Shown here piece by piece: positions 36,527 through 45,982 of a stretch of 64,000 nucleotides of DNA (positions are counted from its first letter, which is position 1; each line of letters opens with the position of its first letter). The notes under the pieces were generated by a model. It saw only the letters and a list, made by a program, of their open reading frames with translations. It had not been told where the DNA came from and did no database searches. The translations under genes and the position numbers were made by a program. The stretch is from positions 24,505 to 88,504 of the forward strand of contig CAZVGK010000007.1 of assembly GCA_964626665.1 (NCBI GenBank), written 5' to 3'. The DNA comes from an uncultured Gemmatimonadota bacterium (GTDB lineage: Bacteria > SM23-81 > DAOVCL01).

Positions 36527-39500
36527 TCAATCACAGTTGGGGTTCCCTCTTTTTGTTAAGTCTACCTCTTTGGTTTCTCCCCCTCTCAGTTCAAAGACCT
36601 CATCCCTAACCTGTACCTTCATTGGTTCTGCACCGCCGGGAAGGGCTTTAATTTTCAGATTGTCGTTACCAATGTCCAGATCAAGCCAATGCCCCCGATA
36701 TCGAAGATGAAAACTCACCACCTTTATCTCATCAGGGAATGAAGGATTAAACCTCAGTATATCACCGCGTGTCTCCAATCCTGTATAGCCCCGGGCAAGC
36801 ATATCCACACAGCCGGCCATGGCCCCGAGATGGATACCTTCCGGAGTGGTGCCGCCCTGAATATCGGCCATGTCTGTCTTCAGGGCCTGATTAAAGAGTT
36901 CCCACGAGCGTTCCCTGTCCCGCCGAGCAGCCACCCAGGAATGGACAATCCAGCTCAGGGACGAGCCGTTGGAGGTGCGTTTCAGGTAATAATCGATGTT
37001 TTGGGGGATGGTTTCATATTCAAAGGGGTAGCCAAGTTGGTTGAATAGCTTTTCCAGTTCCTCCGCGCTAAGGAGATAAAAGAGCATCAGGACATCGGCC
37101 TGTTTGGAGACCTTGTAACGGTTGGGAGTGTCCCCCTCAGCCTCCAGTATACGGTCCAGACGCTGGATATTCCCATACTTCTTTTGATAACCTTCCCAGT
37201 CGAACTCCTCCAGGCGGTCATATCCCTCAAACTGGCTGATGATCCCGCCATCGTGAAAAGCAACCCGCATCTTGTGGCTCATCTCTTCCCATCTCTCTAT
37301 CTCCGCTTTTTTTATGTCGAGTTTTTCGCATAGCTGCCTCCACTGCTCTTTAGGGAGAAGGTGAGGCAGCTCCAGGGCGCGGTTCATCACAAAGGCCACC
37401 ATAATGTTGGTGTAGGCGTTGTTGTTCAGGCCAGGCTGATCGGCTCCGGGATAGCTGTCATGATATTCGTCTGGGCCCATGACGCCATGGATCTCGTACC
37501 GTTCAAGCTCCCGGTTATAGGTGGCTATACTGGCCCAGAAACGGGCGATCTCCAGGATCATCTCACCTCCGTAAAAGGACAAAAAATCTAAGTCGTTAGT
37601 GATCTGGCAGTACTGCCATATATTATGGACAATGGCAACATTTATGTGCCGCTGCAGATGCGAATTGTCCGGGTGCCAGCGGCCTGATTTTGGGTTGAGA
37701 TGGACCAGTTGGGTCTCCTCCCTGCCGTTACTTGCACTCTGCCACGGATACATAGCCCCTTTGTAGCCAAGCTTGCGAGCGGCCCGCCGGGCCTCTTTGA
37801 GACGGCGATAGCGATACATTAGCAAGGTCCGGGTAATCTCAGGAGCCCTATAGTTAAGAACAGGGAAAATAATCATCTCATCCCAGAATATGTGTCCCCG
37901 GTAAGCCTCGCCGTGCCAGCCCCGGGAGGGCATCCCCACATCAATATCGATGGAGTGCATAGAAGAGCTTTGCAGAATGTGGAAGCTGTATAAACGGATG
38001 GTTCTCTGTATTTCATGATCAACTGCGGAGGCACTGAATTTCGCCCTGATGTCAAACCTGCGCCATTGATGTTCCCAGGTAAGGCTATGAGACCGAAGCA
38101 AACCGGCGAATCTTTCGGCGGCCACAACCACCTTCTCCGCCTCCAGGGCGCACTCAGAGACAGCAGGATCCCGGGAGGTAAACAAGGAAACCGTCTTTTC
38201 TATGGTGAGGTCGGCCCCTCTGGTAAGCTCTACTATAAAGTGTTGGGCAATATAGCCGGGCTCCCTCACTGGTTTAGGTTCAACAACCCAGGGTTCGCTA
38301 TCACGGAAGATTTCAGTCCTTGCCCCCAGCGCCACTTCCAACCTAGATTGATTGGTGCGCACCTTCAAAAGCATGCTGTTCTCATTAATCCTCCTGCTTT
38401 CCACCGGCTTCAGGTGCTTGTTATTCAAGTTCTTATAACGTTCCACGCCGGAGTTGGTGATTCGACCATCCAAGGCGGAGCTAATCTCTAATTTTCCAGC
38501 CCAGTTTAACGGCGTAATAACGGTCTCCAGGCCCGCCAAATGCATGTCTCCTGCGTGGACCAGGCGGCGCTGGAGCAGCCTAGTTTCCCTGCCTTTCTGG
38601 TCCCGGAACCGCACCGTCCGGTGGAGTACCCCTCTCTTGATATCCAGATATTGATGGTAGCAAAGTATCTTCACCGCCTCCAAATCAAACCATTCCTCAT
38701 CCGGGATGCGGAAATTGAGGCAAAGCCAGTTAGGCATATTGACCAGGTCCTCGTTTTCTATGGTGCGGCCAGGCATTTTTGTCTTCAGGCGGTTGTAGCC
38801 TCCGGCCAGGTAGGTTCCGGGATAGTGGACATTACCCGCGTTTGCCTCTGGCGCTGCCCCCCGGGTGGCAAAATAACCGTTTCCCAGGGTACACAGCGCC
38901 TCCCTCAGACCTTCTTCCTGGGGATCAAACCCCTCATATGTCAGGGACCAACTCCTCCCTTCTTCCAGCGCTGGGGTCAGTTTCTGCAGAAACTCCAGAA
39001 CCTGATTGGGGGATTCCAGCCTGGACACAGCCTCCGTGGATCGGGAACCTTCCCCTACCACAATGGCTATGCCACGCCCGGCAAGTGCCTCAAAGGCATC
39101 CTCATCGGTGATATCATCTCCTATATAAAAGGGAAAGATCCCTGGACCAACAAGATCCAAGGTGTCCAGAAGCCAAAAGAGTGCTTCTCCCTTATCCCAG
39201 TCGATGTCGGGCCTCAGTTCATAGACCTTCTTCCCCTCTGCCTTGCGAAGCTTGGGATAAAGTCCAATCATCTGATCTACAACCTCTTCCACCGAACCAA
39301 CCTGTTTGGCCTCAACATTTCGGTAATGAACCGCAATGGAAAATCTCTTGCGCTCCACCTGGGCGCCATCGATACTCGTAAGTTGCTGTTTCAGTTTGTC
39401 TTCTACCTCATCGATCACCGGGAGGAGTTTTTTGGCTTCATTATGCTCCAACCTAAGACCTCCCGGTCCCTCTATCTCGAAACCGTGGCTGCCTGCATAA

Positions 39501-40501
39501 TAGAGGTTGTCAATATCCACCCTCTCTTTCACATCTTTAAGGCCTCTTCCACTTATTATCGCTACGAGGCATTGATCGGCCAAGCTGGTAAGCGTTTTTC
39601 GCATCTCTTCAGAGAGGATGGCATCCTCGGGATGGGAGACAATCGGGGTTAGTGTGCCGTCATAATCGAGAAAAACGACTACCTCTTTGCCTTCTATCTG
39701 CTCCTTGATTTTCTCAAAGGAGTCCAGGGCATGGGGAAGTTCCCTTATCTCGGCCGCCATTTCTATTTCCGAAAGGTCCTCGACTACCAGGTCGGCTCCC
39801 CCCTCTTTCAGCGCTTTTTCCTGGTGTGCACGATCTACTCCGATAACCAGGCCAAAGTTCCCTTTGCTTCCCGCCTGAACCCCGGAGACAGCATCCTCCA
39901 CCACCACGCTCCTTTCCGGTTTAACCTTCAGCCGCCGGGCTGCCTCCAGAAAGATGTCCGGGTCAGGTTTGCCCATAAGGTCAAGGCTCTCCGCGTCCAC
40001 CCCGTCCATCTTAGCATCAAACAGGCCAGTGATACGGGCCGCATCCAGGATATTAACACAGTTCTTGCTGGAAGAGACGATGGCAGTCTTAAAGCCTCCC
40101 TTTCTGAGCCGGTTGATCAAGTCTATGGTGGATTCATAGACCTCCACCCCTTCACTTTTCAGCCGCTTCAAGAACAGCCGGTTTTTCCTGTTCCCCAGTC
40201 CGCAAACCGTTTCTTCATCGGGTGAATCAGCAACATTGCCGTATGCAATCTCTATGCCCCGGGAGATAAGAAAGCTCTTCACTCCGTCATAACGGGGTTT
40301 GCCATCAACCCATTTGCGATACTCTACATCGGAATCAAAGGGTTTAAATGTTCCGCCCTCGCCGTGTTTCTGCAGATATTCATCGAACAGTTCCTTCCAT
40401 GCCTGAGCATGAATTTTGGCGGTTTTAGTAACTACTCCATCCATATCAAAAATAACCGCGTCATACCCACCTCTGGAGATTTTATGTTTCTTATTACTCA
40501 T
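36527..40501 (-). CDS. trifunctional fusion: HAD beta-phosphoglucomutase + trehalose-6-phosphate phosphatase (OtsB-like) + GH65 trehalose/kojibiose-type phosphorylase
   Basis: N-terminal VIFDMDGVVTKT (beta-PGM HAD motif I), a second HAD domain VVFLDYDGTLTP (TPP), and a large central/C-terminal GH65 region. 1324-aa continuous ORF. Confidence 0.8.
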   Translation of the reverse strand: MSNKKHKISRGGYDAVIFDMDGVVTKTAKIHAQAWKELFDEYLQKHGEGGTFKPFDSDVEYRKWVDGKPRYDGVKSFLISRGIEIAYGNVADSPDEETVCGLGNRKNRLFLKRLKSEGVEVYESTIDLINRLRKGGFKTAIVSSSKNCVNILDAARITGLFDAKMDGVDAESLDLMGKPDPDIFLEAARRLKVKPERSVVVEDAVSGVQAGSKGNFGLVIGVDRAHQEKALKEGGADLVVEDLSEIEMAAEIRELPHALDSFEKIKEQIEGKEVVVFLDYDGTLTPIVSHPEDAILSEEMRKTLTSLADQCLVAIISGRGLKDVKERVDIDNLYYAGSHGFEIEGPGGLRLEHNEAKKLLPVIDEVEDKLKQQLTSIDGAQVERKRFSIAVHYRNVEAKQVGSVEEVVDQMIGLYPKLRKAEGKKVYELRPDIDWDKGEALFWLLDTLDLVGPGIFPFYIGDDITDEDAFEALAGRGIAIVVGEGSRSTEAVSRLESPNQVLEFLQKLTPALEEGRSWSLTYEGFDPQEEGLREALCTLGNGYFATRGAAPEANAGNVHYPGTYLAGGYNRLKTKMPGRTIENEDLVNMPNWLCLNFRIPDEEWFDLEAVKILCYHQYLDIKRGVLHRTVRFRDQKGRETRLLQRRLVHAGDMHLAGLETVITPLNWAGKLEISSALDGRITNSGVERYKNLNNKHLKPVESRRINENSMLLKVRTNQSRLEVALGARTEIFRDSEPWVVEPKPVREPGYIAQHFIVELTRGADLTIEKTVSLFTSRDPAVSECALEAEKVVVAAERFAGLLRSHSLTWEHQWRRFDIRAKFSASAVDHEIQRTIRLYSFHILQSSSMHSIDIDVGMPSRGWHGEAYRGHIFWDEMIIFPVLNYRAPEITRTLLMYRYRRLKEARRAARKLGYKGAMYPWQSASNGREETQLVHLNPKSGRWHPDNSHLQRHINVAIVHNIWQYCQITNDLDFLSFYGGEMILEIARFWASIATYNRELERYEIHGVMGPDEYHDSYPGADQPGLNNNAYTNIMVAFVMNRALELPHLLPKEQWRQLCEKLDIKKAEIERWEEMSHKMRVAFHDGGIISQFEGYDRLEEFDWEGYQKKYGNIQRLDRILEAEGDTPNRYKVSKQADVLMLFYLLSAEELEKLFNQLGYPFEYETIPQNIDYYLKRTSNGSSLSWIVHSWVAARRDRERSWELFNQALKTDMADIQGGTTPEGIHLGAMAGCVDMLARGYTGLETRGDILRFNPSFPDEIKVVSFHLRYRGHWLDLDIGNDNLKIKALPGGAEPMKVQVRDEVFELRGGETKEVDLTKRGNPNCD

Positions 40502-40559
40502 TAAGTTGTCTCCATATAAAGGACTTACAAAAATTGAGTTTAAACCCCTCTCTCACCGG

Positions 40560-41790
40560 AAAGATGAAAACCTATTTTCTGGAAGATTCTTATATAATCT
40601 GCACTATAATCTTGCAATATCTTGTTTTTGAGCAAAGTTTCCCAAGTCGGCTTGAACAGTCAACTTCTACCGCACTTTAGTGCGGGTTAAAGGCCTTTAG
40701 ACCCCTCTTATTAAGGGCTAAAGCCCTTACCTACCCCCCGCTTTAGCGGGGGTAGAAGTGTAGGGGTCGCATTTATACGATCCGCCCGGGCTCCGATTCA
40801 TCGGAGCCCGCACAAGGAACCAAGGGATTTACATGACCTGACAGTGGCAGAAGCGGGGTTTTGCCACCTCAAAAAAGAACACTACAAGTAGAAGCAACGA
40901 TCCCCGAGCAACAATGGTCTTTTGGTTGCGGCTGCGCTGTGGGAATCTGCGTTCGCCCCGTTAAAGAATTTAGCGACCGTAAGGAGTTAATTTATCTCTA
41001 AATCCCTGTTTTTAAGACCTCATTAATTTCCTCAATCAATCCAAATGTCTGCAGAAATTACATAGCAATTCCCTTGCCATCCAATCATACCTAAAGGGGA
41101 AGATTTCACCCTTCAAATCATAATTTGTTCCTTATTAAGAGCTTAAACGGAAAGATTCTTCCCATAATGTTTAGTAGAACTGGATTTGACCCTGGCTTTG
41201 GGGATTGCAATTTACCCTAAGATTCTCGGAATGCAAAGGAAAAAAATAGAAAAAAATAGGAAAAATAGGGACACTTCCCATTTTCTCTGGGGGTTCTCTC
41301 CTGCGCGGGTTCGGAAGAGCCCTTCTCAAAGGGCAGGCATCTTAAGGGGAGATGGATCTGTGAGAATTTTGTTGGTAGAGACAGTACAAAGAAGAATGAC
41401 TCCTAACCAGGTAACAGCCTAAGAGGGATAGCCCCAAAAATGGGAAGTGTTCCTATTTTCCTAAGGTGGAGGGACTTTTCATCTTGACAGAGGGGGATGG
41501 CTTTACTAACTTGTAGCATAAGAATCTCCATTTTTAGACAGGATTGTCAGGATAAGCGAACCTCCCCGCCCACAAGGCGGGGCATCCAAAACAGTCTCCT
41601 CCCCCTTGATGGGGGAGGACTAAAGAGGGGGTGAAAATTATATCCGCTTTCCCCCTCACCCTAACCCTCTCCCACTAGGGGAGAGGGAACTATAAGGATG
41701 TCATTCATCCCCGTTCACAGAACGGGGTATTCTGATAGGTTTTCATAAAAATCATGTAAATCCTGTCCATCCTGTCAGAGAAACCCACCG
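40560..41790. repeat. 1.2-kb non-coding repeat region (caagatcttg element 40598-40630; 20-mer 40665-40686; gggctaaagccc; ccccgctttagcgggggtagaa 40733-40760; gtggcagaagcggggttttgccac 40844-40867; ttagcgaccgtaagg 40969-40990; IR pair aatagggacacttcccatttt / aaaatgggaagtgttcctatttt ~41262-41460)
   Basis: Read directly. ORF 41186-41422 lies inside the IR element and is considered spurious. Confidence 0.8.
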
Positions 41791-41793
41791 ATC

Positions 41794-44745
41794 TTGGTTA
41801 AGTTCGCAATTCACCCCTGGAGTGAAGAATTGGGCTTTGAACCAGAGGACATCTTAGAGGGGTTAAACCCCAAGCAGAGGGAAGCGGTGATCCATGGGGA
41901 GGGACCCCTGTTGATCATCGCCGGGGCCGGAACCGGAAAGACAAAGGTCATCACCCACCGGATTGCCTGGCTGGTGGCCACAAAGATGGCCAGACCAGAG
42001 GAGATACTGGCCCTCACCTTCACCGATAAGGCCGCCTTGGAGATGGAGGAGAGGGTGGATGTCCTTCTTCCTTACGGCTTTGCCAATGTGTTCATCAGCA
42101 CCTTCCATGCCTTTGGAGACAGGCTGCTCCGGGAGTATGCCCTGGAATTGGGACTATCGAGTGAACTTAAGGTCCTCTCCCGGCCGGAGCAGCTTATCTT
42201 CTTCCGCCAGCACCTCTTTGAATTCCCCTTGAACTACTATCGGCCCTTGGGCTCACCCACCAAGTTCGTGGGGGCTATGGTGAACCTCTTCAGCCGGGCC
42301 AAGGATGAGGATGTCAACCCCAGGGATTATTTAAGCTATGCCCAAGCACTAAGGGAAGAGGCAACGGGAGATCCCCAACTCTCCGAGGAGGTCCAAAGAC
42401 AGGAAGAGCTTGGCCGCACCTACCAGCTCTATGAGGAGCTGATGGCCAAAGAGGGGGTGCTTGACTTTGGGGATCAGGTTGCCCTGGCCCTCAAGCTCCT
42501 GCGGGAGAGGGGCGGGGTCTTACGGGAGGTGCAGGGAAGGTTCAAGTTCATCCTGGTTGACGAATTTCAGGATACGAACTACTCGCAGTTTCAACTGCTT
42601 AACCTTTTAGCCCAAAGCCATAAAAACCTCTGCGTGGTCGGGGACGACGATCAATCCATCTACAAGTTCAGGGGGGCGGCGATCAGCAACATCTTGGGCT
42701 TTGCCGATGCCTATCCCGGAGCGAAAAAGGTTGTCCTCACTAAAAACTATCGTTCCGCCCAGGTTATCCTAGACTCCGCCTATCGGCTCATCCAGAACAA
42801 CAACCCCGATAGACTGGAGGTAAGGGAGGGGTTGGAGAAGAGGCTGGAGGCGACCATCGAGGGAGCCAGCGAGGTCAAGCACCTTCATTTTGACACGCTG
42901 ACCACGGAGTCGGATCGGGTGGCCGGGCTCATCGAGGAGAAGGTAGAGGGAGGGGGATATAAATACTCCGACTTTGCCATCTTAGTAAGGTCAAACAACG
43001 ATGCCGATCCCTTCCTTAGGGCTTTGAATATGAGGGGAATCCCCTACCGTTTCTCCGGCAATCGGGGCCTCTACCAGAGGGAAGAGATAAGGCTCTTGAT
43101 CTCCTTCCTCCGCTGCCTAGCGGATTTTCAGGACTCGGTCTCCCTCTTCAACTTGGCCTCTTCCCCCATCTATCGCCTAAATATGGAGGATCTAGTCAGG
43201 TGTATGACCTCAGCCAAAAGGGGGAACCGCACTCTGCATTGGGTCTTTGCCCACCCCGATGAATTCCCCCTATTGGAGGAGCTATCCCCCCACTCCCGGC
43301 AGAGGATAGAAAGGATAAGGGAGGATATCCATCGTTTCCTGGAATACAGCCGCACCGACCCTACCGGAGTGGTCCTCTACAAGTTTTTGACCGAAACTGG
43401 CTACCTGGCCCAGCTTACCCAATCAAAAAACCCGCAGGACCATCTCAAGGTGCAGAACATAGCCAAGTTCTTTGAGCTGGCCCGCAGGTTCCGGGAGCTT
43501 GCAGCCGAGGACAGGGTGCAGACCTTTGTGGAGCATTTAGACTCCTTGATGGAAGCCGGTGATGACCCCGCGGCCGCCGAGGCCGACCTGGATGCCGAGG
43601 CGGTGCAGGTTTTGACCATCCATCAGGCAAAGGGCCTGGAATTCAGGGTAGTGATTATGGTAGGGTTGGTGCAGAACAAGTTCCCTCACTCTAAGAGAAA
43701 GGAACCCCTTCCCCTTCCTGAAGGATTCATCAAGGAGGTTCTCCCCTCAGGGGACTTTCATCTCCAGGAGGAGAGGAGGCTCTTCTATGTGGGGATGACC
43801 CGGGCCAAGAGGGAGCTCTGGCTGACCAGTGCCCGGGACTACGGCGGCCAGCGGCCCAGAAAGATCAGCCAGTTCGTGCTGGAGGCCCTGGATAAGCCCA
43901 GGGCGGACACCGACTACCTTTCCACCTCCGCCCTAGAGGCCATTAGGAGGAATGCCCCGCGGCCCCAGAGGATAGCCGAACACCTCCCCCCTTGGCCCCA
44001 GGGGAAGCTTCTCCCCTTGAGTTTCTACCAGATGGATGACTACCTCACCTGCCCCCTTAAATACAAGTATATCCATATCCTCAGGGTCCCCCTTCTCCCC
44101 CACCACACAGTCATCTATGGCCAGGCCCTCCACGAGGCTGTGAGGGAATACTATCGGCGGAAGATAAAGGGAAGGCCGGTGAGTTTAGCTGATCTCATCG
44201 GGATATTTGAGGGTGCCTGGAGGAGCGAGGGTTTCCTCTCCCCCCAACATGAGGAGCAGAGCCTGCTTTCCGGGAGGAGGGCCCTCTCCAGCTTCTTCGA
44301 GGCCCAGGAGAGGGAAAGGATCATCCCCATCTTGGTGGAGGAGGAGTTCAGCTTCATCCTCGATGGAAACAGGGTCACCGGCAGGTGGGATCGGGTTGAC
44401 CGGCGGGATGGGGGGATCTACATCGTGGATTTCAAATCCTCACAGGTAAGGGACCAAGAGAGGGCAGACAAAAGGGCAAGGGAGAGCACCCAATTGGCCC
44501 TCTATGCCTTAGCCTATGAGCAGATCTATGGGGAGGTGCCCCAGAGGGTAGAACTCCATTTCTTAGAGTCAGGGATGGTGGGATTGCACCCCATAGGTGA
44601 AAGGGACCTCAGTAGGGCCAGGGAACTGGTGCAGGAGGCCTCCAAGGGGATTAGAAAGAGGGATTTCCCCCCTCGCCCCAAGTGGCTGGCCTGCAAGTAT
44701 TGTCCCTTCTCCGGGATCTGCCCCCATTCATCCGATGGGGTTTAG
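41794..44745 (+). CDS. UvrD/PcrA-like superfamily-1 helicase fused to a C-terminal PD-(D/E)XK RecB/Cas4-type nuclease with an Fe-S cysteine cluster (AdnB/AddA-like)
   Basis: GAGTGKT Walker A, UvrD motifs. C-terminus has C..(LTCPLKYKY)..CKYCPFSGIC. TTG start presumed. Confidence 0.8.
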   Translation: MVKFAIHPWSEELGFEPEDILEGLNPKQREAVIHGEGPLLIIAGAGTGKTKVITHRIAWLVATKMARPEEILALTFTDKAALEMEERVDVLLPYGFANVFISTFHAFGDRLLREYALELGLSSELKVLSRPEQLIFFRQHLFEFPLNYYRPLGSPTKFVGAMVNLFSRAKDEDVNPRDYLSYAQALREEATGDPQLSEEVQRQEELGRTYQLYEELMAKEGVLDFGDQVALALKLLRERGGVLREVQGRFKFILVDEFQDTNYSQFQLLNLLAQSHKNLCVVGDDDQSIYKFRGAAISNILGFADAYPGAKKVVLTKNYRSAQVILDSAYRLIQNNNPDRLEVREGLEKRLEATIEGASEVKHLHFDTLTTESDRVAGLIEEKVEGGGYKYSDFAILVRSNNDADPFLRALNMRGIPYRFSGNRGLYQREEIRLLISFLRCLADFQDSVSLFNLASSPIYRLNMEDLVRCMTSAKRGNRTLHWVFAHPDEFPLLEELSPHSRQRIERIREDIHRFLEYSRTDPTGVVLYKFLTETGYLAQLTQSKNPQDHLKVQNIAKFFELARRFRELAAEDRVQTFVEHLDSLMEAGDDPAAAEADLDAEAVQVLTIHQAKGLEFRVVIMVGLVQNKFPHSKRKEPLPLPEGFIKEVLPSGDFHLQEERRLFYVGMTRAKRELWLTSARDYGGQRPRKISQFVLEALDKPRADTDYLSTSALEAIRRNAPRPQRIAEHLPPWPQGKLLPLSFYQMDDYLTCPLKYKYIHILRVPLLPHHTVIYGQALHEAVREYYRRKIKGRPVSLADLIGIFEGAWRSEGFLSPQHEEQSLLSGRRALSSFFEAQERERIIPILVEEEFSFILDGNRVTGRWDRVDRRDGGIYIVDFKSSQVRDQERADKRARESTQLALYALAYEQIYGEVPQRVELHFLESGMVGLHPIGERDLSRARELVQEASKGIRKRDFPPRPKWLACKYCPFSGICPHSSDGV

Positions 44746-45847
44746 GATCTTACACTTTGCGGACCTCCACCTGGGGGCCTCCTTTGCCGGGATCGGTATG
44801 CCCCAGGAGGTAGCCAGCAGGTATCGGGGGATGCTGCGCGAGACCCTGATCAGGATAGTCGATCTGGCCATCTCCGAGGGGGTGGACCTGATCACCTCAG
44901 GTGGTGACCTCTACGAGGGGGAGAGGTTTACCCCCCAGTTGGGGGAATTCCTCCGCGGAGAGTTTGAGAGGCTGGAGAAGATCCCCATCCTCTTAGTTCC
45001 CGGAAACCATGACCCCTTGGTGAAAGATTCCCTTTACAACCTGGTGAGCTGGCCTCCCAATGTCTGGCTCATTAGGTCACCCCAGCTTGCCCCCTTCCCC
45101 CTAAAGGATGGGTTGACCATCTGGTCCTTTGCCCACTTCTCCTTCTCCCAGAAGAAGCCCCCATTGCAGGGGTTTAAAGCCCCAGCCCAGGGGACCCACC
45201 TCCTCCTGATGCACGGCTCGGATACCTCCTCCCTCCCTCCCCAGAAGGAGGCCCACTCCCCTTTCAGGCCAGATGAGGTAAGGGAGGCCGGCTTTAAAAT
45301 TGCCCTCTTGGGCCATTACCACCGGGCCCACCTCTACCCTCCTCAGAGCCCCTTTCTGGCCTATCCGGGGAGCCCAGAGCCCTTAAGCTTTGATAACGGC
45401 CAACCTCATGGGGTAATCATTGCAGAGATCGGGGAAGGAGGGACCAAATGTGACTTTCTCCCTTTGAGTAGGTTCTCCTTCCTGCAGGAGAGGCTTGACC
45501 TGAGCAGTGAGGGCAGCCATAGCCAGCTACGAGGGAGGTTGGAAAGGTGGGCAAGGGAAAGGGGAGGAAAGGAGAGGGTTGTCCGGCTAATTCTGGAAGG
45601 CCAACTGAACCCAGATCTGGAAATTGACCCCTCCTCAATAGAGGAATCGCTCAGGGAGAGGTTCTTTTTCCTTAAGCTCGTCAACCATACCTACCCAGCC
45701 TATGACCTGACCGCTCTCTCCCAGGAGCAGACTGTGCGCGGGGCCTTTGTCCGCCGCCTGCTCCAAGAGGGCAAGGGGGAGGAGACCACCAACGCGCTCA
45801 TCTATGGCCTGCAGGCATTTGAGGGAAGGCAGATACGACAGAGGTGA
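44735..45847 (+). CDS. sbcD: SbcD/Mre11-like metallophosphoesterase nuclease
   Basis: ILHFADLHLG and GNHD phosphoesterase motifs. The start ATG at 44735 overlaps the helicase stop. Confidence 0.75.
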   Translation: MGFRILHFADLHLGASFAGIGMPQEVASRYRGMLRETLIRIVDLAISEGVDLITSGGDLYEGERFTPQLGEFLRGEFERLEKIPILLVPGNHDPLVKDSLYNLVSWPPNVWLIRSPQLAPFPLKDGLTIWSFAHFSFSQKKPPLQGFKAPAQGTHLLLMHGSDTSSLPPQKEAHSPFRPDEVREAGFKIALLGHYHRAHLYPPQSPFLAYPGSPEPLSFDNGQPHGVIIAEIGEGGTKCDFLPLSRFSFLQERLDLSSEGSHSQLRGRLERWARERGGKERVVRLILEGQLNPDLEIDPSSIEESLRERFFFLKLVNHTYPAYDLTALSQEQTVRGAFVRRLLQEGKGEETTNALIYGLQAFEGRQIRQR

Positions 45848-45982
45848 TAGTCCACCACAGAAGAAAAAGAACAATTATCAATTAGCAATTGGCAAGTCAA
45901 AATGAAAACTGAAGACTGTGTAGTGTCCTTTCCCATTGCTAATTGTTCATTGATCATTACTAATGATCCACAGAGGTGACCG

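Noticed and set aside
36830-40225. Multiple ORFs on the plus strand opposite the 1324-aa trifunctional gene (e.g. 38540-39652, 370 aa)
   Set aside because: They are antisense to a continuous ORF with three recognisable enzyme domains, and none shows any motif.
41186-41422. 78-aa ORF
   Set aside because: Spans the IR element AAAATAGGGACACTTCCCATTTT and low-complexity A-rich sequence.
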